Assembly (NCBI RefSeq): GCF_000223395.1
Contig: NC_015931.1
Location: 780,001 to 812,000 of the forward strand
DNA: 32,000 nt
Direction: 5' to 3'
Source: Pyrolobus fumarii 1A
Lineage (GTDB): Archaea > Thermoproteota > Thermoprotei_A > Sulfolobales > Pyrodictiaceae
The position numbers and the translations under genes were made by a program. Positions 7,948 through 16,243 of this stretch are shown piece after piece (positions within the stretch are counted from its first letter, which is position 1; each line of letters opens with the position of its first letter). The notes below the pieces were generated by a model. That model had not been told where the DNA came from, searched no databases, and saw only the letters and a list, made by a program, of their open reading frames with translations.

Positions 7948-8685
7948 TCACGGGGACTCTTGGCTTGACGGCCGTAGGCCTAGCCTTGTTATCAGCTCGT
8001 ATACGCGCCGTGGTTTGGTGGTGTATAGTCGTATCCTCACGCCGCTCTTTCTATCTCTAAGTTCAACGAAACGCCTGTTTTCATCTATGTGCAGCTCGTA
8101 GCGTTCAGTGTCCAGAGGGAATGGTATAATTGTGTCGCGAAGACCGCTCTTCAATACAAGTCCTCTTTCTCGCACCTCGAAGCCCCGTGCTATCATCAAC
8201 ATTGTTGGCCTCCCATAGACGCGCATAGCCGTAAGCCTCGCTATCATCGAAGCGGCAAACGTACTCTCGAATACCAACAGCCATGTTACGAACCTAGCCA
8301 TGTGCTCCTCTAGGCCGAACTGCTTAGTAACGATGTCGTGGTATACTCCGGGGAGCAACCAGAATAGCAGTATGATTACCGGTATCGATAGTAGAGACGG
8401 TAGGGTAGTCGTCTTTACTATGCGGCTATACTCCTCTACAAGACTCTCATCGCTAGCTATTATCTCCTCTAGCTTATCCTCCCGGTAGATTATTCTTGAG
8501 CGTAGGACCTCCTCCCTCTCGCTGCGACTAGCCCTGCTTTGCACGAGCATCTGAACGACAATCATCAACGCGATGTAGCCGAAGATGGCGAATATGTAGA
8601 GGTGCGGAAAGAATGCGAGTATAAAGGCCAGCATGAGTATAAACACTTGTCCCAATAGTACCTGCTTCACCGGCTGCAATACCAT
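7948..8685 (-). CDS. Membrane protein with a C-terminal soluble (possibly bacterial-PH-like) domain. Start assigned to the internal ATG.
   Basis: The first 45 codons of the track ORF overlap the divergent amidohydrolase and are Ser/Pro/Arg-rich. From M46 (MVLQPVKQVLLGQVFILMLAFILAFF...) the protein is hydrophobic. Confidence 0.45.
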   Translation of the reverse strand: MVLQPVKQVLLGQVFILMLAFILAFFPHLYIFAIFGYIALMIVVQMLVQSRASRSEREEVLRSRIIYREDKLEEIIASDESLVEEYSRIVKTTTLPSLLSIPVIILLFWLLPGVYHDIVTKQFGLEEHMARFVTWLLVFESTFAASMIARLTAMRVYGRPTMLMIARGFEVRERGLVLKSGLRDTIIPFPLDTERYELHIDENRRFVELRDRKSGVRIRLYTTKPRRVYELITRLGLRPSSQESP

Positions 8686-9790
8686 GGCTTGGTCTCCGCA
8701 CACGCCCAGTTCACAGGGGAATCTTTTCTGTATAGATGTTGGTCTCGCGCTCCTCGGAGACGAGTTAGAGCCTAACCGTAATGTTAGGCTGTGCATCGAG
8801 GAGGGTAGGATAGTAAGCATCGAGAAAGGTAGGGGAACCCCGCTCGTAGCTATACCGGCGTTTGTGAATGCTCACCTTCACGTACTGGACTATGGGTTTG
8901 CCGGTCTGGCGGGCGTTGCAAAAGACATGGACTCGCTGCTAAGATGGCCTGATGGCCTAAAAGCGCGTGCTATACAAGCTGCACCGTGCCGCAGTTTCTG
9001 GGGATTATCTAGACTCGCAAAGAGACTATCAAGGATGGGATATGGTGTTGTAGCCGTGTTTGTTGAGGGGCCTGGCGGCGCATGTAGGCTTGTACGAGAA
9101 GTGTTTGCCGAGCACGGAGTGTTAGCACTCACTTATGGCCGGGCATACGAGCTTGACATGCTTGTAGGGTGCGACGGGCTAGGTGCACCTGTATTGACTA
9201 CACGTAAGTGGGTAAGGGTTGCCCTCGAGGCCCGGAGTCGTGGTTTTCGCGTAGCAGCTCACATCTCGGAGACCCCGGAGCAAGCTCTCCTGGAGGACTA
9301 CAATACCGCATTGACTGTTGGGCTTGAACACGCCGTACATCTACTCTACGCGCCTCCCCAGGCGCACCATGCGCTAGCAGAGGCTGGTATACTCCCGGTT
9401 TACTCGCCCGCCTCCAACGTTATACACTGGGGGGTCGAGCCTCAACCATATGCGCCCTTCTTCGCGCTTGGTGGTGATAATGCTGGGTGGGTTGCACAGA
9501 ACCCGTGGGAGCTTGCAAGGTGGGCTATGCTTGCTTTGAGAAAGAAGGGCCTCAGCATCAGAGAGGCTTCTAAAACTGCATTGAAAGCTCTTACTGTATG
9601 GCCTCTGTCCAGGTTGCTTGGCGTCAAAGGGATTAACGAGGGAGAATACGCGTTCATCACTCTACTCTATGCGCCCGAGATTGTAAAAGCTATTGATGCG
9701 TATACGGCGCTACTGTCAATCGGCGATATTGATACCGTTGTGGCTGTGTTAACCCATCTTGAATCCAAGAGCAAAGCCCAGCAGGAATGA
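8684..9790 (+). CDS. Metal-dependent amidohydrolase (chlorohydrolase / nucleoside-deaminase-like family)
   Basis: FVNAHLHVLD (HxH), AAHISETPEQ (HxxE), HAVHL and GGDNAG motifs occur in the usual order. The start was moved to the internal ATG 8684 (MAWSPH...). Confidence 0.65.
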   Translation: MAWSPHTPSSQGNLFCIDVGLALLGDELEPNRNVRLCIEEGRIVSIEKGRGTPLVAIPAFVNAHLHVLDYGFAGLAGVAKDMDSLLRWPDGLKARAIQAAPCRSFWGLSRLAKRLSRMGYGVVAVFVEGPGGACRLVREVFAEHGVLALTYGRAYELDMLVGCDGLGAPVLTTRKWVRVALEARSRGFRVAAHISETPEQALLEDYNTALTVGLEHAVHLLYAPPQAHHALAEAGILPVYSPASNVIHWGVEPQPYAPFFALGGDNAGWVAQNPWELARWAMLALRKKGLSIREASKTALKALTVWPLSRLLGVKGINEGEYAFITLLYAPEIVKAIDAYTALLSIGDIDTVVAVLTHLESKSKAQQE

Positions 9791-10084
9791 GCCCGCGAAA
9801 GGCAGCGACGCGACAGCATGGCTAGCTATGCTACTGGCTGCACTCCTTGTCACGTTCATAGCTTGCTCCACAAGCGCAACAAACTTGTCATAATTTACTT
9901 GGATTATACCGTAGTATTCTAGCGCGAGGAGTACTATCGTGAGCAACCCTAGAAGCACGAGTGCTAGTTTAACCAGCTTCTTCAGTGCATAGCCGACTGC
10001 AAAGCCCAGGACGAAGCCTGCACCAGCGTTAAAAGCTATGAATGTCCAGATGTCGCCTCCCGTAGCCTCTGCCAACGCAATCAC
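9749..10084 (-). CDS. FUN14-family small membrane protein
   Basis: GAGFVLGFAVGYALKKLVKLALVLLGLL...LEYYGIIQVNYDKF matches the FUN14 pattern. 111 aa. Confidence 0.55.
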   Translation of the reverse strand: MIALAEATGGDIWTFIAFNAGAGFVLGFAVGYALKKLVKLALVLLGLLTIVLLALEYYGIIQVNYDKFVALVEQAMNVTRSAASSIASHAVASLPFAGSFLLGFALGFKMG

Positions 10085-10089
10085 CTAGT

Positions 10090-10710
10090 CTAGTGTGACC
10101 CCTCCGACCCTTTACCACTAGTGCTATCTCCAGCCTCACCACGTCGAATGCTAAACATAGAGTACAAGTTGCGTCCACTGCTCTTCAACAGCTCTCGTCT
10201 TGATAGCAGCCAGACACCTACAAGCAGTACTATCACCGCGGCATAACCCATCAGGTCGTATATACTACGATGACGCACTTCGCTACCGATAATCTCCCTC
10301 ACCACGGCGAGAATTGCAGCCTCCAAAGCAGCTACCGTGTGAAGCTCCCTCTGCACGATACCAACTACTATCGTACGTAGAACATCAAGGCCTATTATCA
10401 GTATCAATGTGGTATCCAGTATGGCTAGAAGCTGATCCTTGATGTACTTCGCGAATATGGCTGGCACGGTGCCTTCTTTCGCCGCGACATTCAAGGTCAT
10501 ATTGTCAACGGGTTTTACTGCTAATTTGCCCTCTGGTATGACGCCCTTGGCCTCCATCATCGAGGTTGCAAACGCTATAGTCTGCCCAAGTACGAGCACT
10601 ACACCCACTAGAACCGCCGTAGCTAGCGCCGCAAACACAGCCATCTCCAGAAGCTCCATTATAGTCTCAAACGCAGCTCCAATCTTCTCAAGTCTAGCTT
10701 CACCCGGCAA
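10090..10710 (-). CDS. Hypothetical integral membrane protein
   Basis: 206-aa ORF with four or more hydrophobic segments. No motif recognised. Confidence 0.45.
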   Translation of the reverse strand: MPGEARLEKIGAAFETIMELLEMAVFAALATAVLVGVVLVLGQTIAFATSMMEAKGVIPEGKLAVKPVDNMTLNVAAKEGTVPAIFAKYIKDQLLAILDTTLILIIGLDVLRTIVVGIVQRELHTVAALEAAILAVVREIIGSEVRHRSIYDLMGYAAVIVLLVGVWLLSRRELLKSSGRNLYSMFSIRRGEAGDSTSGKGSEGSH

Positions 10711-10968
10711 CTATCATCCCTCTCTCGCTACGAGGATACAGGATGCCTAAGCTATGAGGTTTTAGCGTTCGCCAAGACTAGCCTATAGTACCCCGTGCAT
10801 ACCGAGTAACGCCCCTCCTGCTGGACCGAATCTACCCACACCACATTAACGTGCCACACGGCACTCCCAGATAGCGAGAGATTCTGGAGCCGCCCAAGGG
10901 AGACGCTTCACTAAGACACAGCTTCTTATCATAAGCCTTTATCGGAGACCAGTCTTGCACTATCTCTT

Positions 10969-11024
10969 GGCGGTGAGGAATACGCCAGCGACTGACTCGT
11001 GAAGAAAGACCTGGACTCCGAGCC
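10969..11024 (+). ncRNA. Candidate C/D box sRNA in the 5' region of the BioD-like gene
   Basis: GGC-G-GUGAGGA(10973-10979)-AUACGCCAGCGA-CUGA(10992-10995)-CUC-GUGAAGA(10999-11005)-AAGACCUGGACU-CCGA(11018-11021)-GCC. Spacing is exactly 12/3/12. A TTTAT box at 10938-10942 lies ~27 nt upstream. Confidence 0.45.
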
Positions 11025-11053
11025 GCCTCTTGACGCCTCCGGGTGAGAGGCTG

Positions 11054-11938
11054 ATGATAGTCACTGTGGGTGGCTTCTCACCATCCGATAGCGGCAAAAC
11101 TAGGCTAACCGCCAGGCTAATTCATGCACTACACGAGATTGGTTTGGAGCCTACAGTTGTAAAGCCTATAGGAAGCCACAACATGTGGCAGCAACACTTC
11201 AGCTTACACTATTCACTCGAGCACCGCATACTGGTAGGTGGCGATGCCATCCGTCTAGCTAAGGCTGCCGGCGCCAAGCCCGAGGATATACAACCAGTCG
11301 ACTTGCTACTAGCGCCTCCGGATATAACCAGGTATTTGACAAGAATACGCGATTATCTTGCAACTCTCGAGTCGCTGTTATCACAGGTCGTGGTGCTACG
11401 AGTTTCACGATGCGAAGGCAACGGAGTGGAACACCTACACGCTGTGGTCCCCGAGCACATTGAGGCGCTACCACCGACACTACGCACAATTATAGATGAG
11501 CTTGCTGAGCGCCTCGATCCGCCTCCTATCACATTACCATCCTCGCGGCTATATGAACTTATGAATAGTGGCGATTTGCTCATAGCGGCCGACTTGTGTA
11601 CCGCAAAACTCGTCTCTGGCTCGCGCCTCGCCTTGATAGAGTCTTTCAACGATGTCCTAATACCCACGCCGACATCGACAAAATCCAGACTATTTATCGT
11701 CGTGGGCCCCGGCCGTGCTATAGTATACCGTGGCGATGATGTAGTGAAGGCTGCTAGCATAGTCTCTGGTCTTAAGCCCGGCTCGTTGAGAGCATCTGAG
11801 GTGCTTCACCTTGTTAAACCACTTCAAGTTCTGGATGTCGAGTTCGCATACGCTGACGACCAGGTAGGCAATGATGTTAGGAGGCTTACGGAACTGCTAG
11901 TTAAGATGCTAGAGAGTGACGATCTCTACAAGGGTTAG
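11054..11938 (+). CDS. BioD/CobQ-like P-loop NTPase (dethiobiotin-synthetase-like fold), function unknown
   Basis: MIVTVGGFSPSDSGKTRLTARL...VVKPIGSH resembles the BioD GTxTxVGKT...KPxxSG pattern. ATG 11054 is preceded by GGTGAG at 6 nt. Confidence 0.45.
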   Translation: MIVTVGGFSPSDSGKTRLTARLIHALHEIGLEPTVVKPIGSHNMWQQHFSLHYSLEHRILVGGDAIRLAKAAGAKPEDIQPVDLLLAPPDITRYLTRIRDYLATLESLLSQVVVLRVSRCEGNGVEHLHAVVPEHIEALPPTLRTIIDELAERLDPPPITLPSSRLYELMNSGDLLIAADLCTAKLVSGSRLALIESFNDVLIPTPTSTKSRLFIVVGPGRAIVYRGDDVVKAASIVSGLKPGSLRASEVLHLVKPLQVLDVEFAYADDQVGNDVRRLTELLVKMLESDDLYKG

Positions 11939-12619
11939 TGAAGCTAGCTCCTCGATCCCTATCTCGTCGAGTATCATCCTTGTCAATACGTAATCTGCTC
12001 TTGTAACGCGTCGCGGCGGCAGGAATCGACACGAAGGTGTCTTCTCAAGGAGATGCGCCATTATGTTACTGGCTTCGTGCTTATCGGCTGCTAGGAGTGG
12101 GGTATAGATTGGCAGCTTTGAGTACGAGTGAACCACTACCATGTTAGGCAGTGTTTGCGACGCCACTTGTCCCAGCGACTCACCCGTTATGATGCCATTA
12201 ACGCCACCGAGCTTCTCTGCTACGATACTAGCTTCCATCATCATTAGCGCCTTGCACGCTATACAAGTATACTCGACGAGACGAGATTTACGCAATCGTC
12301 TTACAGCGAGTCTTAAGAGGTCCCCATGGTTTGTTATACAGAGTTTGACTTGTTTACCGCGAGGCTTTACACGCTTTAGATTCTCGATTGCTGCGTGGAG
12401 AGTTACACGACTAATATAGGCGTGTAAAGGCACAACTTCTATGTTGTCGTCCTCGAGGAGAGTTTTGAGTAGGTATGTTGAGTCTAAGCCGCCGGAGTAG
12501 AGGAGTAGGTAGCGACCTGGAGGCAACGGGTAGAGTAACTTGCCGTGCGTCAAGACCCCGCCTGGATACTCGCTCCTGGACACGCTGTTACCCTCCTTTA
12601 CACTCCCACTCTTCCGCAT
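11909..12619 (-). CDS. Stand-alone ThiI-like PP-loop ATP pyrophosphatase (tRNA 4-thiouridine / thiazole sulfur transfer family), lacking a THUMP domain
   Basis: LLLYSGGLDSTYLL (SGGxDS PP-loop), ITGESLGQVASQTL and TPLLAADKHE are ThiI core motifs. The start is uncertain: ATG 12619 or TTG 12553. Confidence 0.6.
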   Translation of the reverse strand: MRKSGSVKEGNSVSRSEYPGGVLTHGKLLYPLPPGRYLLLYSGGLDSTYLLKTLLEDDNIEVVPLHAYISRVTLHAAIENLKRVKPRGKQVKLCITNHGDLLRLAVRRLRKSRLVEYTCIACKALMMMEASIVAEKLGGVNGIITGESLGQVASQTLPNMVVVHSYSKLPIYTPLLAADKHEASNIMAHLLEKTPSCRFLPPRRVTRADYVLTRMILDEIGIEELASLTLVEIVTL

Positions 12620-12743
12620 AAAGAAGGACGAGGTTATCAAGGTGTATGGGTGGCGTACAGGTGCAATCCTGTGGGCTGAGGATAGGCGAGTGTGTTGCGA
12701 GGGATGCCTCCTAAACGAGTTGATAGCGTGGAGTGGCTTGTGG

Positions 12744-13358
12744 ATGACGGGGTCTCCAAGGGATTTTGGTCTAGGGGAGGGACCCGTGATAGGTTTATCC
12801 GTGAGCCCTTGGGATGACAAGCTCATCTTTTCCTCAATCTTCCTTTCACAGAACACCTCCTATGCGAGAGTATTAGCATGGATGGAAAAGCTAGCACCCT
12901 TCATCATTGAGGAGAAGATAGAGCGTGTAGAGCAATTGGCTGCAGAACTAGGTAGCTACCAGGTTAGATTGTTGCCATTAGCGCTACGCCGCTATATAGA
13001 GGCCCGGCTTGCAGTCTATGCTAGCAACATCTGGGCTGCTAGACGCATACTTCTGACCATACCCCATGTGGGTGTGAAGATAGCACATGCACACCTACTC
13101 TTCACCATGTACTCGGGGTTCCCGTTCCCCGTGGACCGTCATCTTAGACGTATGGTAGGGGGTAACCCCGTACTTCCAGACAAGAGACTATGCAAGTCCT
13201 ATCCGTGTCCTCGCTGCCCACATAGAGATAGTTGCACAGTCTGGAGACTTTACAAGATGTACGGCTTGCGAGCCGGCTTATACCAGACTCTCGTATGGCT
13301 ACAGTCGCAAACGCCGAGCGCGAAACGGCGTCTGCTAGAGCGTATCCTGCTCACTTAA
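12744..13358 (+). CDS. HhH-GPD superfamily DNA glycosylase-like protein with a C-terminal Cys cluster
   Basis: FLSQNTSYARV, the HhH LLTIPHVGVKIAHAHLLF, FPVDRHLRRM (catalytic Asp context) and CKSYPCPRCPHRDSC (C-x4-C-x2-C-x5-C). The start is uncertain. Confidence 0.55.
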   Translation: MTGSPRDFGLGEGPVIGLSVSPWDDKLIFSSIFLSQNTSYARVLAWMEKLAPFIIEEKIERVEQLAAELGSYQVRLLPLALRRYIEARLAVYASNIWAARRILLTIPHVGVKIAHAHLLFTMYSGFPFPVDRHLRRMVGGNPVLPDKRLCKSYPCPRCPHRDSCTVWRLYKMYGLRAGLYQTLVWLQSQTPSAKRRLLERILLT

Positions 13359-14248
13359 CCCTCTATCTCTCTCGAGACTTTCCACGCACCCTCACTAGCG
13401 TCAAAGTAGATTAGTCCAGCCTCCTTGAGCCTCTGGAAGAGCTTGAACATGGGCTCATCTAGTAATGCGCGTATCTCATCCTCTCTGACGGTGGGGAGGC
13501 CTTGTATGCGCTCTTTGAACCTCTCCCAAAACTCCCTATCTACGGCGACACGCTCATTAGGAAGTTCTATGACGATAGCACCCTCGCGACGAAGTTTCTC
13601 GAAGAAAGCATCACGGTCTCTAAGCCTCATTAGCTCCGACTCGAATAACACGCCTTGCTCCTTTAACCATTCTATCGCAGTCCTACGGCGACGCCTATGC
13701 CTAATCTCCTCGCCCTCGCCATGCACACCATGGTAGCTCGCGTGGCGCCTGGCCACCTCGACCCTACCGCCTACACCACCGTGTGCAGCGATATGCTGAG
13801 CCGCCTCGCCGTGACTACGGATGTGTTCGCGTTGCTTGGCAGCCTCCTCCTTGAGCTTCTTTACCTCTTCCTCCAGAGCCTCTAGGCGCTCATTAAGCTC
13901 TGCAACTTGTTGTGCCAGCCTATCGACCTTGGCGGTCCAAGGGTTAATCATATCATGTATCTTGCGTTCAAGACGTGAAAGTAGCCTCTCAACGTCTATG
14001 CTTGAAACCCCCTCCTCCTGGAGAATGCTACGCACAATGCTTCCAATTCTTTCATACAGCGGCTGAGGAAGGTCGCCAGACTCTAGCCTCGAGAGCCTCT
14101 CCTCAATAGCCTCTAGACTAACACCGGCACGCCCCAACTCACGCAGTATAAGGTTCTTAACGTAGTCTGATACCAGGCTGTAACCCTCTTTACGCGCCTT
14201 CTCCTCCAGCTCACGATACACGTCATCTGGCAGCTTTACGACTATCAT
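13355..14248 (-). CDS. Ribbon-helix-helix (CopG/Arc-like) protein with a long coiled coil, a His/Gly/Arg-rich linker and a C-terminal globular domain
   Basis: The N-terminus IVVKLPDDVYRELEEKARKEGYSLVSDYVKNLILREL has the RHH pattern. Heptad-rich LERKIHDM...LEALEEEVKKLKEE follows. ATG 14248 lies ~25 nt from the TATA centre, consistent with a leaderless mRNA. Confidence 0.6.
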   Translation of the reverse strand: MIVVKLPDDVYRELEEKARKEGYSLVSDYVKNLILRELGRAGVSLEAIEERLSRLESGDLPQPLYERIGSIVRSILQEEGVSSIDVERLLSRLERKIHDMINPWTAKVDRLAQQVAELNERLEALEEEVKKLKEEAAKQREHIRSHGEAAQHIAAHGGVGGRVEVARRHASYHGVHGEGEEIRHRRRRRTAIEWLKEQGVLFESELMRLRDRDAFFEKLRREGAIVIELPNERVAVDREFWERFKERIQGLPTVREDEIRALLDEPMFKLFQRLKEAGLIYFDASEGAWKVSREIEG

Positions 14249-14268
14249 TCGCACGCACTACAACCTCC

Positions 14269-14276
14269 TTTAAAAA
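14269..14276. promoter_or_regulatory. Bidirectional TATA box TTTAAAAA
   Basis: The centre is ~25 nt upstream of ATG 14248 on the minus strand and ~27 nt upstream of the C/D sRNA 5' end (~14300) on the plus strand. It is embedded in the palindrome CTCCTTTAAAAAGAGGAG. Confidence 0.55.
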
Positions 14277-14300
14277 GAGGAGCGAGGCTAGCCTAAAAGA

Positions 14301-14357
14301 GGCTGTGATGAGGGCTGTACTCGCCGAGCTAGTGACGACTCCATTAAGTGCTGAGCC
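14301..14357 (+). ncRNA. C/D box sRNA (canonical boxes)
   Basis: GGC-U-GUGAUGA(14305-14311)-GGGCUGUACUCG-CCGA(14324-14327)-GCUA-GUGACGA(14332-14338)-CUCCAUUAAGUG-CUGA(14351-14354)-GCC. Both guides are exactly 12 nt, and there is a closing stem and an upstream TATA. Confidence 0.7.
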
Positions 14358-14358
14358 C

Positions 14359-15933
14359 TCAACCAAGGAAGCCTCTAATCTTGCCCATATCCTCGATTTG
14401 CTTAGCGGCGCTCCTGCCCGCCGCTATGTTGCCCCTAGCCTCTAGCATCAACTTCTTGTACTCTGGCGGCGCCGGCTCCGGTTCGACGCCGAACACGTCG
14501 CGTACAATCCTAACATCTTCTTCGACGAGCTTTACGATCTCACTCGGCATGTAGGAGCGCGCTATATCTGGGAACCACCATCTAAGCTCGAACTCCACAT
14601 CAGTGGGTAGCGATGGTAGCAGCTTCAGCACTAGCTCGTAGACCTCCTCGCCTAGCCTCTTGCGTATGGCTTCGAGCCCCCTACCCAGCCCCACGAGCGC
14701 AGGTGGTATGCCCAGCGTGTACATCGAGGCTGTGAACCTTATCGCTCTTGGTAGTGGCAGGGTGCTCTTAGCGTTGACCAGCAGGCTCGGGTCAGACGCG
14801 AACGCCAATGACGGGCTTATGTCGCGCCCGTACTGCTCTGTCGGCACCCTCTCCCTCCTCTTGGGCACATGACGCGAGACTGTGTACACTATATCGGCGA
14901 CTTGTATGAGGAAGCGTAGGTACTCCCTTGTCGCTATACGTGCTGCCTCAGCAAGCACTCTCTCCTCCTCCTTACTCAGCACCTTGGCGTCAGCAGCTGC
15001 ATTCTCGCGGAGTATGCGTAGTGTATGGATGTAATCCTCTCTAGGTGTATCGTACCTTAGCGCTGTCTGTATGGTCACAGTGTAGTAGCCACGATACTGC
15101 ATGACGAATTTGTCTACAGCGTGTGGCGCTAGATGGCCGCGGAATGGGGGCTTGCCCACACCGATTATCGGGTATACTCGTACGCCCTCCTGCTGACCCC
15201 ACCTGTATATCTTGGAGAGAGCGACAACGAGGCTTATGCTTGAAGCTAGGTGGCCGTAGCCTAGCGCCGCGTCGCTCTTCCCGAGGAACACACGGTAAGA
15301 GTCGTATAACATGCCTAGCTGCTTAGCCACGTTAGCGTGGAACCCCTCCAGGAGCTTATCGGCATGGAGATGGCGTATCACCTCCTCTATCAGCGGGATT
15401 ATTTTCGGAGGCTCTGCGCCATGAAGCCCTAGTTCTTCCTCTGCGAGCCTCTGCAGCTTCACAACGCGACGCTGGAGTACCAGAAGTTCTTGCGGCGACT
15501 CGCTCATAGGATGCACTATGTAGCGTATGGCTTGGTTACCGGTCTTGTCAATACTATACTTATTTGCAGTCATCACACCCATTAGTACAAAGAATTGGCG
15601 CTCCGCCTCCTCCAGCTTCTCGGCAGGCACACGCGGAGTTATGATGAAATCCTCGCCTGGCTCAAGACCGGCTTTAATCAGCTCTTCGACGACCCACTTC
15701 ATTTGCTGATATGGTGTGAGCTTACCCTCGTAATCTATCATCTTCTCGTCACAGCCAAAGCCCCCCTCACTAAGCGGTAGGAGGTCTAGCAGCGCCTCAC
15801 CCACTTCCTCCTGCGAATTGAACCCTTTGTTGGCTGAGTCAGGGTGCTGAGTAGCCATCGCGAGAGGTATACCTATTAATTTCAATAGAGGCTCTTCGGC
15901 TGCCACAGTATACACCCGGAGGCCTATGAGCAA
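14359..15933 (-). CDS. ppcA: Archaeal-type phosphoenolpyruvate carboxylase
   Basis: N-terminal IPLAMATQHPDSAN matches the archaeal PEPC IPRxMSTQHPDN signature. Its ~520 aa is typical of the archaeal type. Confidence 0.85.
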   Translation of the reverse strand: MLIGLRVYTVAAEEPLLKLIGIPLAMATQHPDSANKGFNSQEEVGEALLDLLPLSEGGFGCDEKMIDYEGKLTPYQQMKWVVEELIKAGLEPGEDFIITPRVPAEKLEEAERQFFVLMGVMTANKYSIDKTGNQAIRYIVHPMSESPQELLVLQRRVVKLQRLAEEELGLHGAEPPKIIPLIEEVIRHLHADKLLEGFHANVAKQLGMLYDSYRVFLGKSDAALGYGHLASSISLVVALSKIYRWGQQEGVRVYPIIGVGKPPFRGHLAPHAVDKFVMQYRGYYTVTIQTALRYDTPREDYIHTLRILRENAAADAKVLSKEEERVLAEAARIATREYLRFLIQVADIVYTVSRHVPKRRERVPTEQYGRDISPSLAFASDPSLLVNAKSTLPLPRAIRFTASMYTLGIPPALVGLGRGLEAIRKRLGEEVYELVLKLLPSLPTDVEFELRWWFPDIARSYMPSEIVKLVEEDVRIVRDVFGVEPEPAPPEYKKLMLEARGNIAAGRSAAKQIEDMGKIRGFLG

Positions 15934-16063
15934 CCAGCTGAGCCCAATCCATATACTCAGCGGCCTCGGGAGAGGCGGGCTCCAGTCATCCCGAAAACAT
16001 AAAGTCTTCTAGGCCTGCATGGAACCTCATCGGCCGCCAAGAGCAGGAAATACACTCCAAAGC

Positions 16064-16070
16064 TTATAAA
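16064..16070 (+). promoter_or_regulatory. TATA box (TTATAAA) for tRNA-Thr
   Basis: Centred ~31 nt upstream of the mature tRNA 5' end at 16098. Confidence 0.5.
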
Positions 16071-16097
16071 CCGTTGGAGTGTAATGGGTCGAATGGT

Positions 16098-16205
16098 GCC
16101 GCCGTAGCTCAGCGGGCAGAGCGCCGGCCTCGTAACGGCCCTGGCCTCGCTCCGAGGTCGCGAGAGAGCCGGTGGTCCCGGGTTCAAGTCCCGGCGGCGG
16201 CTCCA
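16098..16205 (+). tRNA. tRNA-Thr (anticodon CGU) with a 32-nt intron at the canonical 37/38 position (16135-16166), CCA encoded
   Basis: GCCGCCG/UA/GCUC-AGCGGGCA-GAGC/G/CCGGC-CUCGUA[intron]A-GCCGG/UGGUC/CCGGG-UUCAAGU-CCCGG/CGGCGGC/U/CCA. The pre-tRNA body is 105 nt; removing the 32-nt intron leaves a 73-nt mature body. Confidence 0.9.
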
Positions 16206-16243
16206 CTCTCCTGGTGCATAGTTTGGCTGTTAGATGCGGTCGC

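Noticed and set aside
10722-10881. 9-nt inverted repeat CTCTCGCTA / TAGCGAGAG, about 140 nt apart
   Set aside because: It is short and isolated, is expected by chance in a 320-nt spacer, and has no associated ORF or transposase.
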